From: a virus
Lineage: Duplodnaviria; Caudoviricetes
Direction: 5' to 3' (one strand)
Length of the DNA stretch: 62,823 nt
Virus record (IMG/VR): IMGVR_UViG_3300032284_001165
Coordinates: 1-62,823 of that record
In this document: positions 37,324-46,741 of the stretch, one piece after another
Layout of the letters: each line of letters opens with the position of its first letter
Numbering within the stretch: position 1 is the stretch's first letter
The notes under the pieces: model-generated
The model's input: only the letters and a program-made list of their open reading frames with translations
Databases searched by the model: none
Told to the model about the DNA's origin: nothing
Position numbers and translations under genes: made by a program

Positions 37324-37590
37324 ATGGGCACATTAATTGTTTCAGCGTTAGCTACGGCTTGCGTCTTGTCAGCAGTTGAGGCATTTTTAATCTCGTTAGG
37401 AAAATGGCGGGGTTTATTAGGACTTGTACTTAACATACTTTTTTGTATAACCCTAAAGGTTACATTAAGAGAACTACTGCCATATGTTCTAGGAGCTACC
37501 TTTGTAGCATTAATCCTATCACTTCTAGTAGAACAGATATTTACTGGACTACCGAAAGGCAATTTGCCAAAACGCATTCCACCGCGCTAG
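37324..37590 (+). CDS. Small membrane protein (about 3 TM segments)
   Basis: Hydrophobic stretches and basic C-tail; start placed at the leaderless ATG. Confidence 0.6.
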   Translation: MGTLIVSALATACVLSAVEAFLISLGKWRGLLGLVLNILFCITLKVTLRELLPYVLGATFVALILSLLVEQIFTGLPKGNLPKRIPPR

Positions 37591-37593
37591 AAT
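37564..37593 (+). promoter_or_regulatory. Promoter TTGCCA-18-TAGAAT for the replication operon
   Basis: Consensus-like hexamers upstream of the AGGAGG RBS of the initiator gene. Confidence 0.55.
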
Positions 37594-37613
37594 ACTTTTA
37601 GAAGGAGGGATAC

Positions 37614-38588
37614 ATGCAATCACCATACTCAAACCCTAATTTGTCCATGCGGGCTAGGGGATTATTTGCATACTACGCAGAGCTAGGCAGGGTTGTATCT
37701 GCTGATGAGCTCTCTGCTGTTATGCCTGAAGGTAGAGACGCTATTCGTTCTGCCATCAAAGAATTAAGAGACCTCGGGTACATCATGGTAACCAAACAAC
37801 AGGTTAAAGGTCAGTGGCGAACCTATTTGAAATTTTCGGAAAGTGCCCTAAAGCTCTTGTCTACCGACGACGGATTTTCAGGCGCTCTGTCTATAGTACA
37901 TAGTAGTAGTACAACTACTAGTACTAGTACTAATACTACTAGTGATAATAGTATATATAAAGATACTAACGTATCTTTATATATATCGGGAGACAAGCTC
38001 CCGAGGAAAGAAGGTGCTGAAATGCCATGGAACCTAGATGGTGAGGATAAATCCGAAGCCGAACTTAAGAGGGAAGCTAAAACAAAGGCCGCACTAGAAC
38101 AAATAGAAGCTACCTTTGGTGTAGGGAAGATTAAGAACTCTTCAGACAAGCAGGCCATGCGTAATGCTAAGTACAAGAAGGTAGAAGAAGACTCGTCTCT
38201 CAACCACCGCAGAAATAAACCTGAGGCGGATTGGAATACCAACGACCTGCTCTCAGAATTTTCAATGCTGTTTTATCAAAGTTCAGCTAAAGAACTTACT
38301 ATGCAGATCAATGCTCGATCCCTTGCGATCTGGATTAATCAACGTGTAGGTATGGGTGCGACTAGACAACAGATACTAAATGCTATTAGAATGTTTTTTG
38401 GGGACCCACGCAACTTAAACGAAGCGGGCAATGGTGAACCTGTCTGGCGTAGATTTATTGCATTCTATCAATCAGTAGAAGGCAAGGCTCGTGAAGAAGA
38501 GGTTGTTGTCTACGCTGATGAAGAATTCTTAGCACATCAAGAAAAGATGCTTAAACTATTGGAGAGTCGACATGTACGATCTGAATGA
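37614..38588 (+). CDS. Replication initiator (N-terminal winged HTH)
   Basis: LS..ARGL...EGRDAIRSAIKEL...GYI motif; Ser/Thr low-complexity linker; followed by a DnaC-like gene. Confidence 0.75.
   Translation: MQSPYSNPNLSMRARGLFAYYAELGRVVSADELSAVMPEGRDAIRSAIKELRDLGYIMVTKQQVKGQWRTYLKFSESALKLLSTDDGFSGALSIVHSSSTTTSTSTNTTSDNSIYKDTNVSLYISGDKLPRKEGAEMPWNLDGEDKSEAELKREAKTKAALEQIEATFGVGKIKNSSDKQAMRNAKYKKVEEDSSLNHRRNKPEADWNTNDLLSEFSMLFYQSSAKELTMQINARSLAIWINQRVGMGATRQQILNAIRMFFGDPRNLNEAGNGEPVWRRFIAFYQSVEGKAREEEVVVYADEEFLAHQEKMLKLLESRHVRSE
37890..37990. other. Candidate replication origin: AT-rich short repeats plus 15-bp perfect inverted repeat
   Basis: tatatataaagatac(37952-66)-taac-gtatctttatatata(37971-85); upstream ACTAGT/TAGTA/TACTA repeats. 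Confidence 0.6.
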
Positions 38589-39201
38589 CGTTTCACCTAC
38601 GGTGAGGCATATGGTTAAGCGGGCGGGGTTGCCTATGAAGTCCATTGGCATGGAGTTCAGCGACCTAGACCAAACCCCTGCTTTGAAGATGGTTGAAGAA
38701 TGGGTCAGTACAGTTGAATCAGGAATGGTCATTAAAAGCCCTGGAAGCCCCCTTAGCGGCCTTGGGCTCCTATTAGTAGGGGAACCAGGTCATGGCAAGA
38801 CCACAATGGCCTCTACGGCTCTTCAGAGGCTGATTAAGGGTATGTCGATCCCCGGGATCTTTTATGACTATCCAAAGTTCTTACGACTAGAAAAAGATTC
38901 TTGGTCAGACGAAGAGTCAGCAAACCTAATCAAAAGGATTAATGGAGATGGTAAAGATTCCATACCACTTTTTGTTTTAGATGACTTGGGAAAAGAGTAT
39001 CGAACTCAAGCAGGTTGGTCAGAAAATCAATTCGATGCGTTGTTGCGTTCACGCTTTAACGCGGGATTACCAACAATTGTAACTACAAATGTACCTAGAA
39101 ATAAGTGGGCCACTACATATGGTGCACCCATGGCTAGCTTTGCCCATGAAGCTTTTGTATGGGTTGATGTAGAATCAGGTAAGGGAGACCGACGAAAGTG
39201 A
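38572..39201 (+). CDS. dnaC: DnaC/IstB-like AAA+ helicase loader
   Basis: Walker A GEPGHGKT, Walker B LFVLDDLG, R.R....PTIVTTN. Confidence 0.85.
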   Translation: MYDLNDVSPTVRHMVKRAGLPMKSIGMEFSDLDQTPALKMVEEWVSTVESGMVIKSPGSPLSGLGLLLVGEPGHGKTTMASTALQRLIKGMSIPGIFYDYPKFLRLEKDSWSDEESANLIKRINGDGKDSIPLFVLDDLGKEYRTQAGWSENQFDALLRSRFNAGLPTIVTTNVPRNKWATTYGAPMASFAHEAFVWVDVESGKGDRRK

Positions 39202-39494
39202 GTAATATGACAGTAGAATGGATGATTACCCAAATCTTTTTATCAGATACTGGGGTGCACGAAGTTTACGTACATAACTCAACACATCGCTTACGTTGCG
39301 ATTGCCCTGGGTTTGATACTCGTGGTCAGTGTAAGCATACTAGGTTTGTGCGCACACGTATGGACCGCAATGGTGGAATTTATCCTGTTGAGATTTCTAC
39401 ACGGGCCAGCGAAGATGCTGTAATTATTACCAGCGACGATCCAGTAGAGTTTAGAAACTTACTCGTTAACTACGGTAAGATCGAAACGGTTTAG
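39198..39494 (+). CDS. SWIM zinc-finger protein
   Basis: CDCPGF....CKH. Confidence 0.75.
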   Translation: MSNMTVEWMITQIFLSDTGVHEVYVHNSTHRLRCDCPGFDTRGQCKHTRFVRTRMDRNGGIYPVEISTRASEDAVIITSDDPVEFRNLLVNYGKIETV

Positions 39495-39497
39495 CAA

Positions 39498-39914
39498 ATG
39501 CGCGGGGGCGATATTTCAAACGACATTCCTATGCGTGTCTTAGTTTCTTTAGACTGCTTACTTGTTAGAGAAGCTAAGATTAACAAAGTGCTGGGAATTT
39601 CAGTGCCGTATGTAGAGACCACTTACAACCGGCAAGCCTTAGCACATTTTTGGCGTTTCAGAGAAAATTATGATTACGTTTTAGAGATCGTGGGGTTTGA
39701 ACGTACCCAATCAGATATGGACAGGGTATTAGAAGATTTAGATAATCTAGGAACTAACCCATTTAACTATGCGCGAGCTTATAATGTTGTTGCAGATCTA
39801 GTAGCAGAGTTGCCTTATAGGCCAGAAGTAAAGCATGTGATCGACATACCAGATCGTGCATTAAGATATGGGCACTGGTTTTTAGAAGAAGGGGGTATAC
39901 ATGGCAAAGCATAA
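39498..39914 (+). CDS. Hypothetical protein of the replication module
   Basis: ORF coupled to the helicase gene. Confidence 0.55.
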   Translation: MRGGDISNDIPMRVLVSLDCLLVREAKINKVLGISVPYVETTYNRQALAHFWRFRENYDYVLEIVGFERTQSDMDRVLEDLDNLGTNPFNYARAYNVVADLVAELPYRPEVKHVIDIPDRALRYGHWFLEEGGIHGKA

Positions 39915-41139
39915 TGAGCTTCGTTTGCTGTGGAAAGTGGCCTACGAACGAGACATCTCTAAACTGATTGATTCAGGAGTACAAGATGACTGGTTCTTTG
40001 ATGACTACTATAAGCAGGCGTGGAAGTTTGTATTAAAGCACTACGCTAAGTATTCAGAGGTGCCGACTGCTGTAACTATTTTGGATAACTTCCCAAATTT
40101 GGGTGAGCCTTTTATAGTTGAAGACACGGTTGATTATCTTATAGATGCTCAGCTAGAGTATAGAAAACACCAAAAAACTCTTCAAGCATTGATTGATGCT
40201 AATGAGAAGATCGCGGTGCGTGATGCAAATGGTGCAATTGAAGTCTTAGGTAAAGCAGTTCAGGCTATCCTGAATGAGAATACTCGTGACTCAAATGATG
40301 AGAACCTTAGTGAAAATCCAATGCAACGTTTTGATGAGTACCAGGCCATCAAGACTCGTCCTAATGGTTTGTTGGGCATCTCAACCGGTTTTAAGACTAT
40401 TGATGAGATTACCCATGGTGTGCTAAAGCAACAGCTTTGGACTATTGCAGCACCACCTAAAACGGGTAAGTCAGTGTTGGCTATGCAAATGGCTTTACGT
40501 GCACAGGATGAAAACATGAGGATCTTATTTCAATCCTATGAAATGACCGCAGATGAAATGAAACGTCGTTACGATGCTATGCGTGCTCATATTGCATACA
40601 GTCGCTTACTTACTGGTGGTTTGCATCCTAAGGAAGAAGCTGATTTTATAGCTAGCCTTAAAGTAGAGCGCTCTGATTTTTGGATGCCTGACAATATTGC
40701 TACTAGAACTGTTACAGGTCTTTGTGCCAAGATTGAAAAGTTTGAACCAGAGATTGTATTTGTTGACGGTATGTACTTGATGCATGATGAAGATACTGGG
40801 GAGAAAGAAACAGAGCGGTCTCTACGTAGCTTGACTCGTAACATGAAGCAAGTGGCCCAGCGTTATGACATCCCGGTAATTGTTAGCACACAGACTCTAG
40901 AATCAAAACGCAGAGGCGGCAAAGTAACTGCTAACTCTATCGGATACACTTCCTCGTTTTTACAGGACTCAGACATTGTTCTAGTTCTACAAAGGCAGGA
41001 TGAAGAGGATGATACGTCTCGTTCTCTTACTATTGCAGCAAGTCGTATTTCAGGTATGGGTTCCGCAGACCTACTGTGGGATTGGGAGGAGGGTCGCTTT
41101 GAAGAATTTGCAGCTTTCAATAACATCAAGTCCATTTGA
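39901..41139 (+). CDS. dnaB: DnaB-like replicative helicase
   Basis: GISTGF..ID, Walker A APPKTGKS, SYEM, VFVDG, QDSD. Confidence 0.9.
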   Translation: MAKHNELRLLWKVAYERDISKLIDSGVQDDWFFDDYYKQAWKFVLKHYAKYSEVPTAVTILDNFPNLGEPFIVEDTVDYLIDAQLEYRKHQKTLQALIDANEKIAVRDANGAIEVLGKAVQAILNENTRDSNDENLSENPMQRFDEYQAIKTRPNGLLGISTGFKTIDEITHGVLKQQLWTIAAPPKTGKSVLAMQMALRAQDENMRILFQSYEMTADEMKRRYDAMRAHIAYSRLLTGGLHPKEEADFIASLKVERSDFWMPDNIATRTVTGLCAKIEKFEPEIVFVDGMYLMHDEDTGEKETERSLRSLTRNMKQVAQRYDIPVIVSTQTLESKRRGGKVTANSIGYTSSFLQDSDIVLVLQRQDEEDDTSRSLTIAASRISGMGSADLLWDWEEGRFEEFAAFNNIKSI

Positions 41140-41371
41140 TGGTACTCAGTTATGTACACAGTACTCCACAGACGTGTTCTATCCAGACTCAGATGAATTT
41201 GGAAATTACAACGAGTCTGATTTTGATATGGCTAAGAGTATTTGCAGTGGCTGTTGGCTTAAGGAAAAGTGCTTAGACTTTGCTATTAAGACCAATGAAA
41301 AAGAGGGCGTATGGGGTGGAACAACTCCTTCTGAACGCCGTCGTATTCGTAGAAAGATGTACCGTAAATGA
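41099..41371 (+). CDS. whiB: WhiB-family Fe-S transcription factor
   Basis: C...D.FYP...AK.ICSGC....CL.FA...E.EGVWGGTTP.ERR; TTG start behind GGAGG. Confidence 0.9.
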   Translation: MKNLQLSITSSPFDGTQLCTQYSTDVFYPDSDEFGNYNESDFDMAKSICSGCWLKEKCLDFAIKTNEKEGVWGGTTPSERRRIRRKMYRK

Positions 41372-41553
41372 TGGATCTAAGAGGAGAACCAATTCACGTA
41401 TGTCCTTGTGGTTCTAAGCTGTGGAATTTACAGGCTATGTTTGAAAACTATGAGATCTCTTTATACTTTACAGAGATGTCCTGCGCATTATGTGGAACGT
41501 TAGCTACTGCACCAACGCCTATTGACAATCCAACCTATATTTGGGGTGAGTAA
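41368..41553 (+). CDS. Small zinc-ribbon protein
   Basis: DLRG.P.HVCPCGS...CALCG. Confidence 0.65.
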   Translation: MMDLRGEPIHVCPCGSKLWNLQAMFENYEISLYFTEMSCALCGTLATAPTPIDNPTYIWGE

Positions 41554-42524
41554 TGTATAACGAGGGTGACGTAGAGGGCGTGCTGTTAAATATGGGTATT
41601 GATACCCTACAGCGTGGCGATGAACTAATAGGGTTATGCCCTATGCATTTAGAGCGCACCGGCAGAGAAGATTCTAATCCTTCTTGGTCTATGAATGTAG
41701 AGACCGGAGTACATCATTGTTTCTCTTGTGGGTACAAAGGAACTCTTATCAGTCTAGTGGCTGAAGTAAAAGAGTTTACCTCTCCTTGGGGACGTCCTGA
41801 CTTTGATGCTGCAAAAGAATGGCTTCGTAGCAATATTGAAGTTAACTTTGAGTTCATAGCACGTCAGCTAGAAGAGGCTAAAAATACTTACATACCAATA
41901 TCTCCTCCTATCGGCATGAGTGAAGCACGTCTTGCGATCTTTGATGCCCCACCACAATGGGCTTTAGATGCCCGTGATCTTACTGCTGAGGCTTGTGAAA
42001 CCCATTCAGTTTTATGGAACAATGCTAAAGATTCGTGGATCACTCCTATACGTAATCCAAATGGTTTCAAGCTTATGGGTTGGCAAGAAAAAAGCCAGAC
42101 AGAAAGATTCTTTCGCAATCGCCCTACTGGCGTAGCTAAGTCGCAAACGTTATTTGGATTAGAATTATTTACCGGTGGAACTATGATTGTGGTTGAGTCA
42201 CCTTTAGATGCAGTAAAACTTACATCATTGGGATATACGGGGGCTGTCTCAACCTTTGGAGCTATGGTCAGTGATGCTCAGCTCTCATTAATGGGAGTAG
42301 CAGATAAGTTAATCTTTGGCTTTGATAACCCACGAACAGATTCAGCCGGTAAGAAAGCTGCTAAAGAGATGCTTACTCGTATACGTAAAGCTGGAATGGA
42401 ATGCTGGTTTCTTCACTACCCTGATGATCAATACAAAGATGTTGGCGATATGCCAAAAGAGTTGGTATCATTATCAGTTGAGGGTTCAAAGCATTTTGTG
42501 TATGGGGAGGCAGCGTTTCTATGA
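41553..42524 (+). CDS. dnaG: DNA primase (CHC2 zinc finger plus TOPRIM)
   Basis: CPMH...D.NPSWS...HCFSCG; VVES.LDA; FDN...D.AG; KDVGD. Confidence 0.9.
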   Translation: MYNEGDVEGVLLNMGIDTLQRGDELIGLCPMHLERTGREDSNPSWSMNVETGVHHCFSCGYKGTLISLVAEVKEFTSPWGRPDFDAAKEWLRSNIEVNFEFIARQLEEAKNTYIPISPPIGMSEARLAIFDAPPQWALDARDLTAEACETHSVLWNNAKDSWITPIRNPNGFKLMGWQEKSQTERFFRNRPTGVAKSQTLFGLELFTGGTMIVVESPLDAVKLTSLGYTGAVSTFGAMVSDAQLSLMGVADKLIFGFDNPRTDSAGKKAAKEMLTRIRKAGMECWFLHYPDDQYKDVGDMPKELVSLSVEGSKHFVYGEAAFL

Positions 42525-43126
42525 GTCGTATGTACTATTTTCCAGACAGTAATAGTGAGGCGGGGCAAGAGTCCTTTGTTCTCAACATGCTTGATGAGAA
42601 ACGGGATGGTTGGTACCTTGAAATAGGTGCCTTTGCTTCTAAGAAAACAAGTAACACCTGGTTGTTAGAAACAAATTATGACTGGAAAGGTTGGGCTTTT
42701 GAATTTGTTGGGGAGTACGTAAGAGAGTATAACGATAACCGACAAAACTTTTGCTATACAGCGGATGCTACTATCTTTCCGTATAAAGATGCCCTTGATC
42801 AAGCGGGTTGGCCTAAGCAGATTGATTATTTACAGTTAGATATAGAGCCTGCTAGTAATACCCTATTAGCTTTAAAGCAATTGCCATTAGATGAATATAG
42901 GTTTTCCGTTATTACTTTTGAGCATGACCTGTACTTTTCTCCAGAAAATGCAGCAGTAAAACAAGAACAAAAAGAAATACTTGAGTCTCATGGCTACGTC
43001 CTCGCAGTCGAGAATGTCAAGGTAGATGCCCCTGGTTGGCCTCTACGAGAGTTCGAGGACTGGTGGGTTGACCCGTTGGTGGTACCAGAAGAAAAATATA
43101 AGGATATAAAACTACGCTATATGTAA
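42521..43126 (+). CDS. FkbM-like SAM-dependent methyltransferase
   Basis: GQE.FV....G.YLEIGA....SNT..LE...W.G; IDYLQLDIE; ITFEHD. Confidence 0.8.
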   Translation: MSRMYYFPDSNSEAGQESFVLNMLDEKRDGWYLEIGAFASKKTSNTWLLETNYDWKGWAFEFVGEYVREYNDNRQNFCYTADATIFPYKDALDQAGWPKQIDYLQLDIEPASNTLLALKQLPLDEYRFSVITFEHDLYFSPENAAVKQEQKEILESHGYVLAVENVKVDAPGWPLREFEDWWVDPLVVPEEKYKDIKLRYM

Positions 43127-43136
43127 AGGGGAACAA

Positions 43137-43646
43137 ATGATTATCGGTCTATCAGGCTATGCACAATCAGGAAAAGATACAGTGGCTGCACACTTAGAGG
43201 GCAACCATGATTTTAATTGTATTGCTTTTGCAGATCCAATTAAAGCACTTAGTCTAAGAATTAATCCTGCTCTTGCAGAGGTTGTTTATGCTTACGGTTG
43301 GGATGTGGCTAAAGCTCGTCCAGAACATCGTAGGTTTCTTCAAGAACTTGGCGTAGGTGCTAGAGAACTTATTGATGAAGACATATGGATTAATAAAGCC
43401 CTCAGTTCTATGACCGATGGGGATCACTATGTTATTACAGACGTTCGCTTTCAAAATGAAGCTAACGCTTTAAAAGCTATCGGAGCTCAGATTTGGCGTG
43501 TAGAACGTGCTGGCGTAAAAGCTGTAAACGATCACATCTCAGAACATGATTTAGATAATTGGGAGTTTGATGCTTACATCCCTAACAACTCTACTCTTGA
43601 AGATCTTATGTTTGCAGTAGATCACGCTTTAAAGGTTGTAGTGTAA
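43137..43646 (+). CDS. Deoxynucleoside monophosphate kinase
   Basis: IIGLSGYAQSGKDT, FADPIK, R..LQ.LG, ITDVRF.NE, H.SE. Confidence 0.9.
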   Translation: MIIGLSGYAQSGKDTVAAHLEGNHDFNCIAFADPIKALSLRINPALAEVVYAYGWDVAKARPEHRRFLQELGVGARELIDEDIWINKALSSMTDGDHYVITDVRFQNEANALKAIGAQIWRVERAGVKAVNDHISEHDLDNWEFDAYIPNNSTLEDLMFAVDHALKVVV

Positions 43647-43858
43647 TGTGGTCCTGGTTACTAACCTTTTGTGGAATTACGGGCACATATATTGTTGGGC
43701 GTAAAAATAAAATGGGTTGGGTTGTTCTTTTCTTTAATGAAACTCTATGGCTTATTTACGCCCTTCATACAAAGCAATATGGTTTTATCTTAGGGTCTTT
43801 TGCATACATGGCTGTATACATTAAGTCCCATAGAAACTGGACAAAAACTGAGCAATAG
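43646..43858 (+). CDS. Small membrane protein (PnuC-half-like)
   Basis: W.W.L...G..G....GRK...GW.....E.LW..YA....QYGF. Confidence 0.55.
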   Translation: MWSWLLTFCGITGTYIVGRKNKMGWVVLFFNETLWLIYALHTKQYGFILGSFAYMAVYIKSHRNWTKTEQ

Positions 43859-43872
43859 AAGGAGTTGGGATA

Positions 43873-44037
43873 ATGCAGTGTGTTGCTAAGACAGCTACCG
43901 GTATACCTTGCAAAATAGTAGGGGAAGAATCTAGGGCTGGTTTGTGCCACGTACATGATCCAAAAGGTAAATATCAAATACAACACCCTAAGTTTGCAGA
44001 AGCAGTTAAACGATTGCAACTTAAGGAGTCTAAGTGA
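43873..44037 (+). CDS. Small CCCH zinc-finger protein MQCVAKTATGIPCKIV...GLCHVHDP (not in ORF track)
   Basis: AAGGAG RBS; C-x9-C-x11-C-x2-H; stop overlaps the next GTG. Confidence 0.65.
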   Translation: MQCVAKTATGIPCKIVGEESRAGLCHVHDPKGKYQIQHPKFAEAVKRLQLKESK

Positions 44038-45584
44038 GCTTTACAGGAACACTTCTACCCTATCAAGTTGAAGCCGTAGAAGCCATGGTGTCGCGTAAGA
44101 AGATGCTTGTGGCCTACGACCTTGGCTTGGGTAAAACTGTTCTTACTATTGCCGCTATTGAACAATTAAAAGACCTTGGAGAGATACAAGAACCTGGTAT
44201 TATAATCTGCCTATCCTCATTAAAATATCAATGGGCTGAACAGATTAGGAAATTTACAAATGGAACTGCAAACCCTTTGGTCATTGATGGAACCCCAAAG
44301 CAAAGAGAATCACAGTACAGTCAAGCCTTTGATTGGGGCCATACGCTCGTTGACTATGTCATTATTAACTACGAGCAGGTTGTTAACGACTGGGACCAAG
44401 TATCAAAGCTTACTAGAGGATTCCTTGTCTGCGATGAAGCAACAGCAATAAAATCCTTTCGTTCTAAACGTTCAAGATATGTTAAAGATTTAACAAGCCC
44501 TATTAAGTACGCTCTTACCGGTACCCCAATAGAAAATGGAAAACCTGAAGAGCTCTATTCAATTATGCAATTTGTAGATAAGACGGTGCTTGGTAGGTTT
44601 GACCTCTTTGATAAAACATTTATTATTAGAAATCATTTTGGTGGGGTGGAAAAGTACCGTAATCTACCAACCCTTAATAAAACTATGGCGGCAGCTAGTG
44701 TCCGTAAACGTCAACAAGATCCTGATGTAGCCCCATATCTACCTGATACTATTTTTGCAGAACCTATTAGGATTCCTTTTGATAAAGCAGGGGCCAAGCT
44801 ATACACCCAAATCTCTAGTGAGATCTTGCAAGACTTAGAGGATGCTATTGATAGCTATGGAACCTCTTTTGACTTGTTTTCCCACTATGCTGGGGAAAAA
44901 CAAGACGAGGCTGCTAATGCTCTTAAGGGCAAGATTATGTCCAAGCTTACAGCTCTTCGTATGCTGTGTGATAGCTCTGGTTTGTTTGAGCATTCAGATT
45001 CAAACTATGTATCATCATTGAAAGATGCAGGCAAGCTTGATAACCTTAAAGCACATCCTAAACTCTCTGTTCTTAAAACTTATGTAGATGAGTTCTTAGA
45101 ACAAAATGATGATAACAAGCTAGTTATTTTTACTAGCTATGTACATATGGTTTGGTTAATTCAAGAACACCTTGGATACGATTCAGCAAAATACACAGGA
45201 GAAATGGATGCAAAACAAAAAGAAGAATCGAAGGTTCGGTTCCAAACCGATCCAGATTGTCGCATACTTGTTTCTAGTGACGCCGGTGGCTATGGCGTGG
45301 ATCTGCCTCAGGCTAACCTACTTATTAATTACGATCTTCCGTGGAATGCTGGGTTGGCTCTTCAACGTAATGGAAGAATTCGTAGAGCGTCTTCAACGTG
45401 GCCTTCTATAGTCATACAGGACTTTCTCATGGCAGGTTCTATTGAAGAAAGGCAACATGATATGTTGTTACAAAAGAACTCTATAGCTGATGCCATCATG
45501 GACGGAGAAGGCATAGACGCAGCTGGAGAGATTAAGTTAAATTTGGGAAGTCTTAGGACGTTTTTACAAGAGACATGGGTATAA
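44034..45584 (+). CDS. SNF2-family helicase
   Basis: L.PYQ, DLGLGKT, DEA, LTGTPIEN, G.GVDL, YDLPWN, QR.GRI.R. Confidence 0.92.
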   Translation: MSFTGTLLPYQVEAVEAMVSRKKMLVAYDLGLGKTVLTIAAIEQLKDLGEIQEPGIIICLSSLKYQWAEQIRKFTNGTANPLVIDGTPKQRESQYSQAFDWGHTLVDYVIINYEQVVNDWDQVSKLTRGFLVCDEATAIKSFRSKRSRYVKDLTSPIKYALTGTPIENGKPEELYSIMQFVDKTVLGRFDLFDKTFIIRNHFGGVEKYRNLPTLNKTMAAASVRKRQQDPDVAPYLPDTIFAEPIRIPFDKAGAKLYTQISSEILQDLEDAIDSYGTSFDLFSHYAGEKQDEAANALKGKIMSKLTALRMLCDSSGLFEHSDSNYVSSLKDAGKLDNLKAHPKLSVLKTYVDEFLEQNDDNKLVIFTSYVHMVWLIQEHLGYDSAKYTGEMDAKQKEESKVRFQTDPDCRILVSSDAGGYGVDLPQANLLINYDLPWNAGLALQRNGRIRRASSTWPSIVIQDFLMAGSIEERQHDMLLQKNSIADAIMDGEGIDAAGEIKLNLGSLRTFLQETWV

Positions 45585-45596
45585 ACTTATGTCACT

Positions 45597-45752
45597 ATGC
45601 CAAATGCACCTAAAACCCCAACCCGTACCATCCGGGTATCAAATGAGCTGTGGTCTGCTGTTAAGGACAAAGCTCTAGAAGATGGCCGTACAGTTACAGA
45701 TGTTATTATTGCTGCCCTAAAGGAGTATGTAAAGGCGGATTTGCAAGACTAA
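45597..45752 (+). CDS. Ribbon-helix-helix DNA-binding protein MPNAPKTPTRTIRVSNELW... (not in ORF track)
   Basis: RTIRV beta-strand followed by LW.AV..KA...G.TVTDVI..AL.EY. Confidence 0.8.
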   Translation: MPNAPKTPTRTIRVSNELWSAVKDKALEDGRTVTDVIIAALKEYVKADLQD

Positions 45753-45769
45753 AAATCTTGTGGTAGAGT
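45741..45769 (+). promoter_or_regulatory. Promoter TTGCAA-17-TAGAGT with extended TGn
   Basis: TTGCAA 45741-46, TGG then TAGAGT 45764-69, RBS downstream. Confidence 0.6.
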
Positions 45770-45789
45770 AAGTAATAAGGGGGGTTAAC

Positions 45790-46227
45790 ATGCCTAATAT
45801 AATCGAACGTAATTTGCCAGTCGAAGGCAATACAGTTGTAAGTAAGGTGCGCAAGTACCTATCGCTCAAGGGTCGTATTGATGACCTGACTAAGGAACAG
45901 TCCAGTCTTAAGACTGAGCTTTCTGAGCTTGTAGATTCTCAGGGTACTCCAGATGAGAAAGGCCATATCTGGTATTCATTGCCTGAGGATGTAAATGGAG
46001 TCACATCTCTCCAACGTCAACGCCGTGTTACTCAAAAACTTGATGCTGATGTGGCTGAGTCAATTCTTAAAGAAAAAGGATTAGCTAGCCGTTGCTATAA
46101 GCTTGTCCCGGTATTAGATGAAGCAGAGGTTATGGCTTGTCTTTATGAGGGGGCCCTTACCGAAGCAGAGATTGACACTATGTTTCCTAAGTCTATCTCA
46201 TACGCTTTTATCCCAAGTAAGCAATGA
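45790..46227 (+). CDS. Hypothetical protein (coiled-coil N-terminus)
   Basis: AAGGGGG RBS; ORF track. Confidence 0.6.
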   Translation: MPNIIERNLPVEGNTVVSKVRKYLSLKGRIDDLTKEQSSLKTELSELVDSQGTPDEKGHIWYSLPEDVNGVTSLQRQRRVTQKLDADVAESILKEKGLASRCYKLVPVLDEAEVMACLYEGALTEAEIDTMFPKSISYAFIPSKQ

Positions 46228-46697
46228 GCACATCGGATCCAATTGATCGTTTACTCTCAGAGTTGGATGAGTATTATCCTGGCTCTAAGAAAAAACGCCG
46301 TCCTTTGAATCCTGAAGCTAAAAAGCGTACAGTAAAAGAAGAAGGATCCTGGGATGCAGATCCTCAGGTGAAGAAACTACCTAATGGAAATGTGGTAGAA
46401 TTATTTAGTGCCGGGGCATTATCCCTTGCATTAGGTCGTCCACTAGTGACGATCAGACTTTGGGAACGAAAAGGGTATATACCACGTGCACCCTATCGCT
46501 TAAAGTCGCCAATTGTAGATGGGGTAAAGAAGCCAGGTTGGCGGATGTACTCTAGATCAATTATAGAAGCAACACTAAAAGCTTTCGAAGCTCGCGGGCT
46601 TATGGAAGCACCACGGATTGATTGGAATAAACACCCCGATCTATCAATTGAATTGATGGAAATATGGAAGAAAGTTCACGATCAAGAAGTAAATTAA
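46224..46697 (+). CDS. MerR-like HTH DNA-binding protein
   Basis: F..G.L..ALGR..VTIR.WE.KG.IP....R.Y. Confidence 0.7.
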   Translation: MSTSDPIDRLLSELDEYYPGSKKKRRPLNPEAKKRTVKEEGSWDADPQVKKLPNGNVVELFSAGALSLALGRPLVTIRLWERKGYIPRAPYRLKSPIVDGVKKPGWRMYSRSIIEATLKAFEARGLMEAPRIDWNKHPDLSIELMEIWKKVHDQEVN

Positions 46698-46741
46698 TTA
46701 CCAATGACTATGATCCTATGATCCAATGAAAGGCAATACCA

